64,000 bases of DNA from Eledone cirrhosa (GCA_964016885.1 OZ024745.1:72726001-72790000); one strand, 5' to 3'. Positions 1 to 18,370 are shown, counted from the first letter of the stretch. Translations and numbers: made by a program. The notes: generated from the sequence alone by a model not told the origin.

Positions 1-441
1 TAAAACATCAGTATTCCAGGAAATTGATTTAACTTCTAATCAACATCACAAACTAACAAAATATCTGTGGACTGTGCTGTGCCATTATACTTGTGTTAAA
101 AGACCTATTAAAAGACATGGCTGGTTACACTTATATGTTAAACTAAAAAAACATAATAGACTGCCAAGAATAGAGTTGGAATCAAATTAAGTTTTGAAAG
201 TATTAGTTTTTACAGCATTGGCAATCTGAGAATAGTAGAAGATAAAGAAAAATAAATAAATTTAGTGGTGAAGCACTTAGTAATGGGCAGAATACTTTGC
301 TGCAGTTGAAAAAAGAAGAGGAATTCTGAGCTGAGTATTAAATAAAAGATTCTTTGGCTTTGTTTTCTCGTATAAATATTTAATTATTCCACATTATCAT
401 GGGAAAATAGATTTTAAAATGTTTATAAGTATTTGACTTAC

Positions 442-505
442 CAAAGGATTTTGTTCGAACAAGGTAGCTGGCTGGTTTCCCTTTTGTCATGGAATATGCT
501 AAAAT
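442..505 (-). CDS. Host gene exon: end of the FN3 domain
   Basis: ttttag|ATT TTA GCA...TCC TTT G|gtaag, 64 nt, phase 0 to 1. ILAYSMTKGKPASYLVRTKSF completes a domain of about 91 aa with the previous two exons. Confidence 0.82.
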
Positions 506-940
506 CTAAAAAGATTTTTTAAATAATGTAATTTTCAATATTAATTTTCATTTTAGGATATCTTAAATCATCTGCTTTTGTTTTATTTTGTTTATTGTAT
601 CATTAATTTTCTCTTATTTCTAATGTGAAATTATATTTACTATTTGCTATAGACTGCCATATCCAATTCCCTCTAAGCTAAGAAATCTGAAATACCAAGG
701 ACAAAACAATTATGTCAAGGTGTTATCTTCAATTTGAGATTTTTTAGTCTTCACAGCTAATCACTCAGCACCTATATTTCATTTTACTTTTAATGTCTTT
801 TTCATCCAGGTACAAAATTTGTTTTGAAAATATTCTTATACATTGCTGGTTCTATAATACATTTGGAATATGTAAAATGTTTAATTTCACTGTGAAGTAC
901 TTTGGGAGCTATAACCTACGGTTAAAAAAGAAAACACATA

Positions 941-2214
941 CAGGATGTACCAGGTAAATTGGGACAAATTTCAACTTGATATATTTCTAATTGTATAGAT
1001 TTTGTTGAAGTCTAAATTTTAAATATTACCAGCTTGATAATCACTGATGCTATTTTTTTATTTTAGGTTGAATAAATTATGAATGTTAATAAAGAATTAA
1101 ACCATAGAAGTATAATTGCCGAACTATTCTGCACTGACAACAGTACTGGAGAGATTGTTAGAGTCACAAAGTATGCCAAATCTACTGTTTATAGAGTTGT
1201 AACCAATTTGAAGAAAAGTCAGGATTTTCAGAGAAAGCCTCAAGTCCTTGCAATGATCCAAAACATACACCTCGCCTCTTTACAAGACTTAAAAGATCAA
1301 TTGAGTTGAACCAGTCAAAATCGATGGCAAAGTGGGCTCAAGATCGAGGAATCAGTAAAATGACCCTTTCTAAGGGCTGTGAGACAAACCTTCATATGAA
1401 ATATTACATGAGGAAACACTGCAACATCCTAACTACCCGCTCCAAAGCCATTTGAGCTGAAAGATGTCCCAAACTTCTTAATTATCAGAAATGTCATGGT
1501 GGAGATGCATCTTTGTGGATGGAATAAAGTTCATGGTAGATGAAGTTGCAAATTGTCAAAACTCACAAGTGTTAGCATACAACACTTTTCAAGTTCCTAC
1601 AGCTATGCATAGCAAGAATTCAGCTTCCATTATGATCTTTGGAGCTGTTACAAGTGATGGGAAATTGACACCTTATTTTATTGAAGCAGGTCTTAAAATC
1701 AACCAGCAGAGAAACTCAAAATTTTAAAAGTTTTGTTGCTTTGGAATAGAAAGCATTATGATGCATGTCAAGTCATGTTTGTACAGGACCCCATGCCCAC
1801 CTATTCTTCAAAAGGTGTGCAAGAGTTTTTGAAGAAGGAATTGCTCATGTTTGTCCCTAAAGATATCTGACCCTCTAGCTCACCAGATTTGAATCAGTGT
1901 GATTTTTGGCTATGGGGCGTAGTTGAAGTAATATCCAAGGCAACTTCTCACAACTGTGTGTCTTCACTGAAGGCTTCGATCAAGCGAGCATTCAGTAAAA
2001 TGAAAAAGGAAGAAATAGTTAAAGCATGTGCATCATTTACTAAATGGATTGAACTGGTAAAGAAAGCAAATGGCAGTTACATTGAACTGAAATAAGTACT
2101 AAACAATCCATAATAAATTGGCATAAACATAAAATTTGCAGTGTTTGGATTTTCCAAGTTATACCAATTATAATAAAGATATTTCAATTGTCCCAATTTA
2201 CCTGTTACACCCAG
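941..2214 (+). mobile_element. Tc1/mariner-superfamily DNA transposon, DD37D (maT-type), full length but decayed
   Basis: 27-bp TIRs (941-967 caggatgtaccaggtaaattgggacaa; 2188-2214 reverse complement, 3 mismatches) with TA on both sides. Transposase remnants at 1079-2095 include FVDG, QD and SPDLNQCDFWLWG, with 37 codons between the second and third Asp. Stops and frameshifts are present. Confidence 0.92.
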
Positions 2215-2675
2215 TATATGCTCAGCAATTAAATGGCTGCAATTCCCTGATCTTGTAAAATTCTTATTAACATTAATTAACTGATGTAATGTACAGTCAT
2301 TTAAATGTCAACACACAACAGAAATCTGTTCAAATACTGACTGCTATAATATCATCTGTAAGTTATAATTTGTAATTTATGATCAACTATAATACGTATT
2401 TGTACATATTATGAAACTTATGTACAACTAGATGGAATGCACTAAAGAAGCCAAATAACTTGACTATGAATCCACCAGAGCATTCATGATAAAACATGAG
2501 TGATTTAATCTTTTAGATGGCAAGCCAACAACATTTTTACTCAACTAACTGTGACTCTGAAGCAATAAAGATTGTTAAAAACCTAAGTGCTTAGTCAAAT
2601 CAGAATATTACTAATGGACCAGATGAATAGGGACTGAGTACTGCATTATTGATATGTGTTTTGTTAACTAATAAT

Positions 2676-2855
2676 TGTTTCTACATTTGGCACAAGGCCA
2701 GCAATTAACCAGTACATTACTGGTACTTTATTTTATCAACCACGTAAGGATGAAAGGCAAAGTTAACCTCGGCAGGATTGAACTCAGTCTGTAAAGGGAC
2801 ATAACTATGTTGGAAAGCATGGCGTCCGACTCTCTACCGATACTGCCAATCCACC
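2676..2855 (-). mobile_element. tRNA-derived SINE with Nin/Deu-like central domain
   Basis: Homologous to 54192-54374 and contains GCCTTTCATCCT...GATAAAATAAAGTACCAG. Flanked by a 17-bp direct repeat ttttgtta(a/g)ctaataat (2659-2675, 2857-2873). Confidence 0.85.
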
Positions 2856-4096
2856 ATTTTGTTAGCTAATAATGGGTTCACAACAGAGTATTTTCCTTTA
2901 ACACACTACATGAAATCAGTATAGAAAAGTACCCTAATATCCCAATAAGTAACAGATTTACATCATAGAACTACCTTAGTAACTGCATCTTTTCTTCATA
3001 CAACATATAATAGCTGACACAAGTGAATATCAATCAACATCAGTGACTAATAGATCAAAGAATAGAATCCTTTTAAATAAAAAGGTTACCAAATGTTACC
3101 AAAAACAATAATATAATTAATGTACAACATGAAGAGATCTATATAAATTACACAACATTCAACTATATTTTCTATAAATAATATCTCATAAATGCTGATA
3201 TTTAAGATCAAATTGTACATTGATTATACATTTCAACAAACAGCAAATGTTATAAACTGTTTTTCAATGTAAACTGAATTAGACTTGCTGAAAAATTTGT
3301 TTTTGGTTACATTTCAACTTTATAATATGTGATTGCTAGCTGGAGTATTGTAATTTCAATATTCAGAGTTTTCCCATGCACAGTATAACAGAGACATGTG
3401 TTCTCCGTTTTTCATGTGTAAAAATGTTGGGAGATAGCTATACAATACATTATATAGCATGTAACATTATAAGCTTAAAACAATTCAGAAGAAAATTGTG
3501 TTTACCCAGTTACTAATCATAATCTCACAAAGACATTAGTTTTCACTAAAAATTAGGAATACAAATTATGTTTACATACACAAATAAGAAAATTGAACAA
3601 ACCTTAAATCTGATGATAAAATAGCCTGAACAAGCAATATTCTTAAGGATAAGGTCTAAGTATAGTTAATATTCTAGATTTGTGGTAGTAAATTTTAGTC
3701 TGGACTATAATTTATATAATGAATAGCCGCTTATTGATCTAAGCTAGATCTTTTTAATTTTTTATTTCATAAAGATTAATAAGTTCATGAAAATACACTT
3801 AAATATGTGGCCATCAACCAGACAATATTAAGTATATTAACTCTGCACTTCACCCAGCAGTATTTAGTTGACTATTCTTATGTTATAGGTTAAAGCACAT
3901 AAATATCAAAAGTAAACTCAAAACAATATTCCTCATAAGAATTTTCTATCCTGTAAACACACTTGCTGAAATATCTAAGACATTTAGGTTTGACTCTAAG
4001 TAGGACCTAAATTCTATTGATATGTCTTCAGGAAATGTTATTTCAAAATTAAATTGTGTAATGATTATTGAAACAAACTTGAAATGAATAACTTAC

Positions 4097-4174
4097 TGTT
4101 ATATGATAATCACAACCTGGTTTGATTCTGAAAACATACCATGTCATATTTGTCTCAACATTAAAATCATTCGC
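4097..4174 (-). CDS. Host gene exon: middle part of the same FN3 domain
   Basis: ttttccag|GCG AAT...ATA ACA|gtaag, 78 nt, phase 0 to 0. ANDFNVETNMTWYVFRIKPGCDYHIT contains the FN3 IKPGxxY motif and continues the domain begun at 49309-49439. Confidence 0.85.
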
Positions 4175-4793
4175 CTGGAAAAAAATATCATTGTATAACG
4201 ACTATAATCACAAAAATAAGGCAATCGAAACAGAAATAATAGTCACTATTTCTCTATCTGTAAGTATGTATATCACTATCTAACCTATGCAAGCATGGAA
4301 AATAGATGTGAAACATATTTTCTAAAAAAAATGTTTTTTCTGTTTCATCCACTTCTCACTCTCCTCTACCTTTCTATTTTATTTCTTGTTCTATCATATA
4401 AAGACTCGTTTCCTACTATATCAAGCATTAAACTAATATATATCTTCATTGTGCTGTATCATTTGCTGTGCTGTTTTCTGTTTTCTTTTCATGCATATAT
4501 ATATATATATATATGTATGTATATATGTATATAATAATGATAAAATATGGAGAAGGAGCACACGAGTTAGGATATATATATATATGTATATATATGTATA
4601 TATGAAAACAGGGAGAAAAAGACAATTATTAGGAAGAAAAAAAATTTTTTTTCCCTTTTTAATTTTCTCTTTTTTCTGGGATAGAAAATGATTAAAACAA
4701 CATATTTTACTTTGTGTGAAGTGTTAAGGTATTAGTTGATTTATTTATTAATTAACAATGGCATTTATTTATCTATTTATATATTTAATAATT

Positions 4794-4833
4794 GTCTATT
4801 ACCGGTTTCAGCATTTTATGCATTATCAAATGA
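4794..4833 (-). ncRNA. Minimal hammerhead-like motif (U3-A8 core variant) in a PLE-type terminal fragment
   Basis: Minus strand: cat TTGATAA t gcat aaa atgc t GAAAC cg GTA atag. Stem III is the palindrome accggt. Stem I is weak or truncated by (TA)n. Confidence 0.5.
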
Positions 4834-5004
4834 TATATATACATAAATATATATATATATAGTGAAAAATTGAACGGGAACAGAGAGGCAGTACGAACAA
4901 AGGTTTATTAGTTTCACATATATATATATGTATATATATGTATATATATATATATATGTATATGTATATATATATGTATATGTATATATATATATATGTA
5001 TATG

Positions 5005-5069
<65 letters not shown>

Positions 5070-5184
5070 GTATATGTATATATATATATATGTATATGTA
5101 TATATATATATGTATATATGTATATGTATATATATATATGTATATATGTATATGTATATATATATATATGTATATGTATATATG

Positions 5185-5299
<115 letters not shown>

Positions 5300-5317
5300 A
5301 TATATATATATATATAT

Positions 5318-5668
5318 ATCATCATTTCATTTTTCATCATTTCATTTTACGTCCCCTTTTCCCTGCTTGCAAGGGTGGGACGGGAACTGATTCTGGCTTG
5401 ATTTCTACAGCTGGATGCCCTTCCTAACACCAACCTCATTTACAGTGAGTGCTGGGTGCTTTCTTGCCGTGGCACCTCCACGACCACTTTACAGTGGAAT
5501 GATAGGGACCCCAGTCCCTATCATCTCATTTCTACAGCTGAGTAAACTGGAGCAATGTGAAATAAAGTGTCTTGCTCAAGGAAACAACACATCACCCGGT
5601 CTGAGAATTGAACTCACAACCTTTCGATTGCAAGGCCAATGCTCTAACCACTAAGCCATGTGCTTCCA
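5318..5668 (-). mobile_element. tRNA-headed SINE with RTE-derived tail
   Basis: A box TGGCTTAGTGG, B box GAGTTCAATTC, central TTCCTTGAGCAAGACACTT domain, tail GAAGGGCATCCAGCTGTAGAAA...(ATG)n. Same family as 27051-27395, 28606-28888 and 50001-50343. Confidence 0.9.
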
Positions 5669-5669
5669 T

Positions 5670-5978
<309 letters not shown>

Positions 5979-5985
5979 GTATATG

Positions 5986-6016
<31 letters not shown>

Positions 6017-6031
6017 GTATATGTATATATA

Positions 6032-9000
6032 ACTTTGAAATGTTTTGGCCAGTATTGGCCCAGGCCATGTCTAACTTAATAGCACCACCTGGCGAAGTCT
6101 TTCAATTCAGGATTTGGGCACCATGGCCCATTCGAGAAGAGAATTACTGTTTGCGGAGACATATCCGGGTGTGGGTGGTTTGTCCGGGATTACTTGGAGG
6201 AATTTGTCCAAAGACTTCTTGAATTTTGTGTGGTCAGTTTCTGTTTTGACGTGTCCTGGTGTGATGTTGAAGAGAGCAGGGCCGATTGAGGTGAAATAAT
6301 TGTGCCGTATTGTTGTTATGAGTTGCGATTTAGATTTTTGAATGGGACGGATAGCACGGGGCCCAAGCCTTGGGTGTATCTTGAAGGCGATGCCAACATC
6401 ATTTGGGCAGTGATGATGGAACATTTTCCACATCATGCAGATAATATAACGCTCACGGCGACGTTGGAGTGAGTAAAGTTTCAGGTTTTCTAATCGACCC
6501 CAGTAGTCAAGGTCTGACATGCCATCTATCTTTTTCGTGATTGCCCTTTGAGGAGCTTCAAGTTTCATGATACTTTGTTTCGTGTGGGGAGACCACAGTG
6601 GACAACAGTATTCAAGGTGTGGTCGGGCGAAAGTAGAGAAGAGAAGGATAATGGTGCGGGAATCTCTCGACTGGAAGGTTCTGAGCATTCAGGAACACAT
6701 TCTGCGGGCCATGTCAACTTTGCTGCTTATATGCGTGGTCCAGCTTATGTTGCTGTCCACGGTTACTCCCAAGTCTCTGATGTTGTTAGATGCCACGAGA
6801 GTTTCCCCGGAGGGAAGGGAGTACGGGAGTTTCAGAGCATCCTCTTTTCCAAAGTGGATCAGTTCGAATTTGTCTTCGTTCAGTAACATGTTGTTCTTTT
6901 CTGCCCATTGGGTAACAGCCAGTAGGTCTGACTGAAGGCTTATCCGGTCATCCACGCCATTGATGACCTTTTGGAGCTTGGAATCATCAGCGAAAATTTT
7001 AATGTTGCTGTGTTTGATGATGTCAGTGATGTCATTAATATAGATGATGAAGAGAAGTGGGCCCAACACAGTGCCTTGTGGGACCCCACTACTGACTTTG
7101 GCTGGGCTTGATTTGACTCCCTCAACTACAACATGTTGGGTTCTGTTTGACAGGAAGCTCTTGATCCACTGCAGCAGCTTTCCAGTGACACCAATATTGG
7201 ACAGCTTTCTCAGTAGAATGTTATGATCAACCCTGTCAAAGGCCTTGCTGAAATCAAGGTAGATAACATCAGTGTTGGAACCCTCTCCCAAGGCTCTCAA
7301 AATGTCATCAAAGTGATGCAGTAGCTGCGTCAGGCAATCCCTTCCATTATGGAATCCATGCTGGTTGGAGTTCAGCATATTGTTACTCTCAAGGAAGTGG
7401 GTCATTCGCGATCTCACCACTCGCTCAAATACCTTAATGATATGAGAGGTGAGTGAGATTGGACGGTAATTCACGGCAAGGGATTTGTTTCCCTTTTTGA
7501 AAACTGGGACAACAGACTGGGATAGAAGGTTTTCTGGCACATATCCAGCATCCAGTGAGTTCCGCCACAGATTGGCAAGAGGAGATGCAAGTTGGTGTTG
7601 ACACGCCTTCAAGACACAAGCAGGGAACCTATCGGGACCTACTGCTGAATTATGCTTGATTTCCTTTATTGCCGCCAAGACATCAGGGGCGCCAAACGTT
7701 ATGTCCGATAAGGTGTAATGGGGAGTAACATCGCCGATACAGCCCAGATCGGCCATATCAGGATTGCTGAAAACAGAGCAGTATTGTTTCTGCAGTATCT
7801 CACCCATGGTTTTAGCATTGTCTTGAATAGTGCCATTTTCATCAATTAGAGGGCCAACAGTAGAGCCAGTGATTTTGTGTTTTTTTGCAAATGAAAAGAA
7901 CACTTTGGGATTGAGTTTGATCTTCTCAATGGCCCAGGCCTCTTCAGCTCTTCTCTGATTGTTGATGAGGGACATTATGTTGTTTTGGAGGTTATGTTTT
8001 TTAATCTCTAGTGATGAAATGGCAGTCAAGTTGATGTGTTGCTGCTGACAGTATTTCAGCTTGTTGATTTTTTTGTTCGTTCTCTTAATTTTTCTGATGA
8101 GCGTTTTTCTATTTCTAGGGATTCTGCTCTTAGATTTGTTTATAGTTCTTAATGGGGTGTGTTTAGCACATATGTTTGTAACAGTGTCCACAAATGTCTG
8201 CCAGGACTTTTTGATGTTAGTGGGTGTATGAGTGTGCGTGAAGGACCAGTCGACATGTGCAAGATCATGACTGATCGCTTCCCAGTTTGCATTGTGGAAA
8301 TCCATAGCGTCAAACGGATGGACAGGAGAGATGACATTGGGTTTGTATATTGGACGGTGGAATCTCAGATCACAGAGAACCATGTCATGATCAGAGAGTA
8401 GAGTTTTCTCCACTGCAATATTGTGGATATTGTCAGTGTGATTGCTGAAAATTAAGACTAGGACGTTTTTGTGGCACCTCGTTGGTTCGAGCACCAGTTG
8501 GGATAGGAAGAAATCATCCATGAAGTCAAGAAGCGATTCCACAGCTTCCCTGTCAGAGGTTGAGGCAGAAGAACCTGGTAGCAGGCTGTTTGTGGACCAG
8601 TCAACTCCGGGGAGGTTGAAGTCCCCCATCATTAAGATGTTGTCAGGGTGACACTCTTGGATGAAACACTTTATGCTGTTGAGGAATTCCTTGAAGCATG
8701 GTACAGGCGTTTGGGGTGGCCTATAGAGCCCAACTACTAATAGGTTGTTGGTTTGACTGAATACAGTGACTGCTTCACAGTATCCATTAGTGAATATGTT
8801 CATAGCCTCTGTTGAGAAAGAATTATGGACATAAATGGCAGTTCCGCCCTTTCTTCTGCCAGCGCGATCAGCACGGATGGCTTGAAATTTTTCACTTTCA
8901 CCTCGGCTTCCAAGTGGAGGTTACTGAGATGGGTTTCAGTGAGGACGAAGAAAGGGATGTGGTTTGGATGGACATCAATCCAGTCCTCCAGGAATTTGAT

Positions 9001-9225
9001 CTTCCATTTTTGAGTATTGGTGGAAGGGCTGATGCCTTGGGGGTTAAGCAAAAATGTAGAGGCGAGAGTGGATGGTTTTAATTGTTTTGGTGTGTTGTTA
9101 ATTTGTTTGTTTGTTAATGGCAGCAATGGGAGTTTGTGCAGTGGGGTGATAGTGGAGGTTGTGCTGGGTGATAGCTCGAATGTTTTTTTCCAGTTCTTTT
9201 GCCAGATTCATTATGGCTAAAAAAG
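6032..9225 (-). mobile_element. CR1/L2-group LINE, near-complete ORF2 (APE endonuclease + RT), inserted in (TA)n
   Basis: LTETHL, RADR...KGGTAIY, GDFN and SDH endonuclease motifs. RT motifs YLDFSKAFD, VPQGTVLGP and FADD. C-terminal YSLQRRRER. Only two lesions seen: a frameshift near 8880 and an in-frame TGA at 6689-6691 where Trp is expected. Confidence 0.93.
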
Positions 9226-9249
9226 AGGAAGAAGAAGAAGAAGAAGAAG

Positions 9250-12114
<2,865 letters not shown>

Positions 12115-12117
<3 letters not shown>

Positions 12118-12938
12118 AAATATTAAAAAAATAATGAATAAAACAATGAAACAGTTCCTTATATTAAACAAAAAAAGTTCATTATTTAACGATCGTTTCT
12201 AGGATATATATGTGTTAGAATTGGCATGCATATTCAACAGATCTATGTACAAAATTATACAAAATTATACAAACTATCAAAATTAAATATACATACCAAA
12301 CACATATATATGCCGTCTTCAGAAATAATGAAATATATTTATTGATAATAACAACAATTCAAAATTTCAGGTCCGTTTGGGAACAGAGTTCAAATTGACC
12401 AATGAAAATACAAAAATTTTTATGCAGTTAGGTGTGTGTATATACATGTAATTAACTTCGTACACATATTTACATAAAGATATATGTTCACATGCATACG
12501 CATGCCAAAAAGATGTATGTAAATACAAAAATTCAAGGCTAATGTCTCTGTAAGTTTATAATCCACAGATAAAATGCGTATAGACACATAAATATGAAAT
12601 AAATGTATACACACATTCATATACTCACACATATTCGTACACTCACACACACACGCGCGTATATGCATAAACATACACATAACTACGAACATACATACAC
12701 ACACACACCCCCACACACATATATATGTGCATATAGTATTATCATAAGCATATGGACATTAATGCACGCACATAAACACTGCCACACATATTTAGATCAG
12801 GATACAGAAATTAGGTGGGAGGGGGGGAGAGATCAGTATTCAACGGTTTCAGCAGACTGCCTATTTATAAATGTATCTATAAACTTAGAAATAAAAAGAA
12901 AAGAAAAAGAAAAAAGAAAAAAGAAATATATCAAGAAA

Positions 12939-12969
<31 letters not shown>

Positions 12970-13371
12970 CACACATACACACACACACACACACATATAT
13001 ACATATACATATATATATACACATATATACACACATACATATAATTATACACATATATATACACATATATACACACACATATATACACACACATATAAAT
13101 ATACACATATACATACACACACATATATATATATACAAACAAGTAAAATATAAAGTATACATCGATATACCTACATATAGACATATAAGTAAATACACAC
13201 GCATACACACACATACATATACATACATATACATACACATATATATAAACACATACATACACATACATATACATACACATACCATATAAATACACATACA
13301 CATACACACACGCAAACATATAGAGACACATACATATACACATATAAATACATAGACACATACACACATAA

Positions 13372-13410
<39 letters not shown>

Positions 13411-13456
13411 TACACACATATACACATACACGCATACATATACATATATATACATA

Positions 13457-13505
<49 letters not shown>

Positions 13506-13564
13506 TCACAACACTCGTATATATATACACACTCATACATATACACACATATACATATATATAC

Positions 13565-13615
<51 letters not shown>

Positions 13616-13712
13616 AATACACTCATATATATACACACATACACATACATACCCACATATAAATATATATATATACATAAATATATATATACACACATAC
13701 ACACATACACAT

Positions 13713-13767
<55 letters not shown>

Positions 13768-13886
13768 CACATACATACACATATACACACACATATATAT
13801 ATACTCACACACACACACCTACACATACATACACATACACATATATAAAGAAATATATACACACACACACACACACATATAATAAA

Positions 13887-13922
<36 letters not shown>

Positions 13923-13935
13923 CATACATATATAC

Positions 13936-13966
<31 letters not shown>

Positions 13967-14230
13967 CACACATATACATACACACATACACACATACATA
14001 CATACACACACACATACATACACACACATACATACTCATACATAGACATAGATATATACTCACACACACATACGCACTTACATATACGCATATATACAAA
14101 TACATACACATCCATATATGCGTATATACATACAAACAAACACCACTACACGCTCACACAACTCAGACATACAAAGAAAAAGGTATATACATACACATAT
14201 ATACACATATAAATAGAGATACATATACAC

Positions 14231-14271
<41 letters not shown>

Positions 14272-14366
14272 CACACACGTACACACATAAACACACATAC
14301 AAACACATACATACACACATACATACATATATATACACACACACAAAGACACACATACATATATAA

Positions 14367-14407
<41 letters not shown>

Positions 14408-14569
14408 CATACATATACACACACACATATATACACATGCACACACACACATACATACATACATACACATACACATACATATATATAAAAAAAATAAATA
14501 AATAAGATAAATAAAAAATAAATAAATTAATACACACAGTCAGACAAATATGCACACACATACATATAC

Positions 14570-14600
<31 letters not shown>

Positions 14601-14695
14601 CACACATACACACCCACACATACATATATATACACACATACATACACACACACATATATATACATACATATACACACATCAACTACAAATATATA

Positions 14696-14726
<31 letters not shown>

Positions 14727-14774
14727 TATACATATTTTCACATATATATATACATATATTATATTATAATAATA

Positions 14775-14813
<39 letters not shown>

Positions 14814-15024
14814 TACATATATATACACACATTCACATATATATGCGCACATACGTACACATATACACATACACACATATACACATAGACATATACATGT
14901 GCATACATGTACATACACACATATACCCACATAGATACAAAGATACACATATATATAGAGAGACATACATATACACACACATATATACACACACATACAT
15001 ACACACATATATATATACATACAC

Positions 15025-15083
<59 letters not shown>

Positions 15084-17249
15084 ATCATACACCCTTATTT
15101 GCATGCGCATATATGTATTTTTATACTTACATATAAACACCCAAACATATATACACCTACCTACATATACATACATACATATACGCTTACAAATACAAAT
15201 AATAATAGTAGGGGGGAGGGGGGGGATTATAGTAAATATATGTTTCAAGAAACAGAATATTAATCTGTATTTGGATCACAATATGTGTTTACATAGTTTC
15301 AGTATTAGGAAATGCAAGAAAGAAGGCAAAATTATGCATTTCAATATAAGTATACCATTAATTATAGGTTAACTAAACTAAAGATAGTTAATATATTGAT
15401 TTCTAAGGTGTAAATTACTTAGGTTTATAATATTTGAAGCAGAATTTTGAAGTTAAATAGTAGTAGAGTATTAATTATAGTATAACTAAATTAAAATTAT
15501 TAACATTATGGTATCAATATTAGGAAATGAATTTAGTAATAGGGAAAAAACAAATAAAGTATTACATCGGTAGTAGAATATAAATTATAGGTTAACTAAA
15601 TTAAAAATTATATATTAATTTCTATAGTATATGTTAATTAGGTATATAATAAATAAAACAGATATTGTATTTTATCTATAGTATTATTTTGATAAGGGGT
15701 GGCTCTTTTGAGTTAAAACTAAAGATTCTATTTGCTCATATATAGGAGCTACTTCTAACAATTTTAAGACAAGGTTTAATACCCACAAACATAGTTTTAA
15801 AAATGCCGCACTGGCTAATACAACATCTCTAGCAGAAAAAATCAATAGTTATAAAAATAAGAATATAGAATATGATTTGACCTGGAGTGTGCTCAAAAGA
15901 GCCACCCCTTATCAAAATAATAGAAATGAATGTAGATTATGTTCCCAAGAACTATTTGAAATAATGAAATCTAAGGATATCCTATTAAATAAACGACAGG
16001 AATTAATTATATCGTGTAATCATAAACTAAAAAAAACATTTAAATATTATAAACCTAATTAATAACATTATTTTAGAAATTAATATATAATTTAATTTAA
16101 ATGTTAGTTAACCTATAAATTTAATTTAATTAAAATTCTACTACAGATGAGAATATAAAATATTGTGTAATCATAAATTGTGAAAAACCTTTAAATATTA
16201 CTAATATATACTTAGTAATTTAATTTATAGATTAATTTTAATTTATTTAACCCTTTATTAAAATTCCTTTAAAGATAAAATATAACAAAATATCGTGTAT
16301 TCAATGACAGAGAAATAATTTTTAGTATTATAGACCTAATTAATATACATTTTAGAAATATATTTATAATTTGGTTTTAAATTTGGTCAACCTAAAAATT
16401 TAATTTAATTGGCTTAAAATTAGTATCCTAATACAGACGGATTGCAGAGTGTCATGTAATCATAGAATGGGATGGGTTTTGGATGTATACCTAGTTAATA
16501 TATTCTTTGCAATTTTTGAAAAAATATGTATATGTATGTATATATATGTATGTGTATGTATGTATATATATGTGTATATATATATGTATGTATATGTATA
16601 TGTGTATGTATTAATTTTAATTTCTGTTTACATATAATTATATTCTACTATTGATAAAATACAATATCTGTTTTATTTATTATATACCTAATTAACATAT
16701 ACTATAGAAATTAATATATAATTTTTAATTTAGTTAACCTATAATTTATATTCTACTACCGATGTAATACTTTATTTGTTTTTTCCCTATTACTAAATTC
16801 ATTTCCTAATATTGATACCATAACGTTAATAATTTTAATTTAGTTATACTATAATTAATACTCTACTACTATTTAACTTCAAAATTCTGCTTCAAATATT
16901 ATAAACCTAAGTAATTTACACCTTAGAAATCAATATATTAACTATCTTTAGTTTAGTTAACCTATAATTAATGGTATACTTATATTGAAATGCATAATTT
17001 TGCCTTCTTTCTTGCATTTCCTAATACTGAAACTATGTAAACACATATTGTGATCCAAATACAGATTAATATTCTATGTTTCTTGAAACATATATTTACT
17101 ATAATCCCCTTCTCCCTCCCCCTACTATTATTATTTGTATTTGTAAGCGTATATGTATGTATGTATATGTAGGTAGGTGTATATATGTTTGGGTGTTTAT
17201 ATGTAAGTATAAAAATACATATATGCGCATGCAAATAAGGGTGTATGAT

Positions 17250-17304
<55 letters not shown>

Positions 17305-17515
17305 GTGTATGTATATATATATGTGTGTATGTATGTGTGTGTATATATGTGTGTGTATATGTATGTCTCTCTATATATATGTGTATCTTTGTATCTATGT
17401 GGGTATATGTGTGTATGTACATGTATGCACATGTATATGTCTATGTGTATATGTGTGTATGTGTATATGTGTACGTATGTGCGCATATATATGTGAATGT
17501 GTGTATATATATGTA

Positions 17516-17556
<41 letters not shown>

Positions 17557-17917
17557 TATTATTATAATATAATATATGTATATATATATGGGAAAATATG
17601 TATATGTGTGTGTATATATATATATATATATTATATATTTGTAGTTGATGTGTGTATATGTATGTATATATATGTGTGTGTGTATGTATGTGTGTATATA
17701 TATGTATGTGTGTGTGTGTATGTGTGTGTGTGTATATATATATATATACATATATGTATATGTATGTGTGTGCATATTTGTCTGACTGTGTGTATTAATT
17801 TATTTATTTTTTATTTATCTTATTTATTTATTTTTTTTATATATATGTATGTGTATGTGTATGTATGTATGTATGTGTGTGTGTGCATGTGTATATATGT
17901 GTGTGTGTATATGTATG

Positions 17918-17956
<39 letters not shown>

Positions 17957-18047
17957 GTATGTGTGTCTTTGTGTGTGTGTATATATATGTATGTATGTGT
18001 GTATGTATGTGTTTGTATGTGTGTTTATGTGTGTACGTGTGTGTGTG

Positions 18048-18082
<35 letters not shown>

Positions 18083-18326
18083 GTGTATATGTATCTCTAT
18101 TTATATGTGTATATATGTGTATGTATATACCTTTTTCTTTGTATGTCTGAGTTGTGTGAGCGTGTAGTGGTGTTTGTTTGTATGTATATACGCATATATG
18201 GATGTGTATGTATTTGTATATATGCGTATATGTAAGTGCGTATGTGTGTGTGAGTATATATCTATGTCTATGTATGAGTATGTATGTGTGTGTATGTATG
18301 TGTGTATGTGTGTATGTATATGTGTG

Positions 18327-18357
<31 letters not shown>

Positions 18358-18370
18358 GTATATATGTATG

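Noticed and set aside
6689-6691. In-frame TGA as possible selenocysteine or readthrough (also the TGA in the transposase near 1868)
   Set aside because: Both sit where Trp (TGG) is expected, so a single G>A decay explains them.
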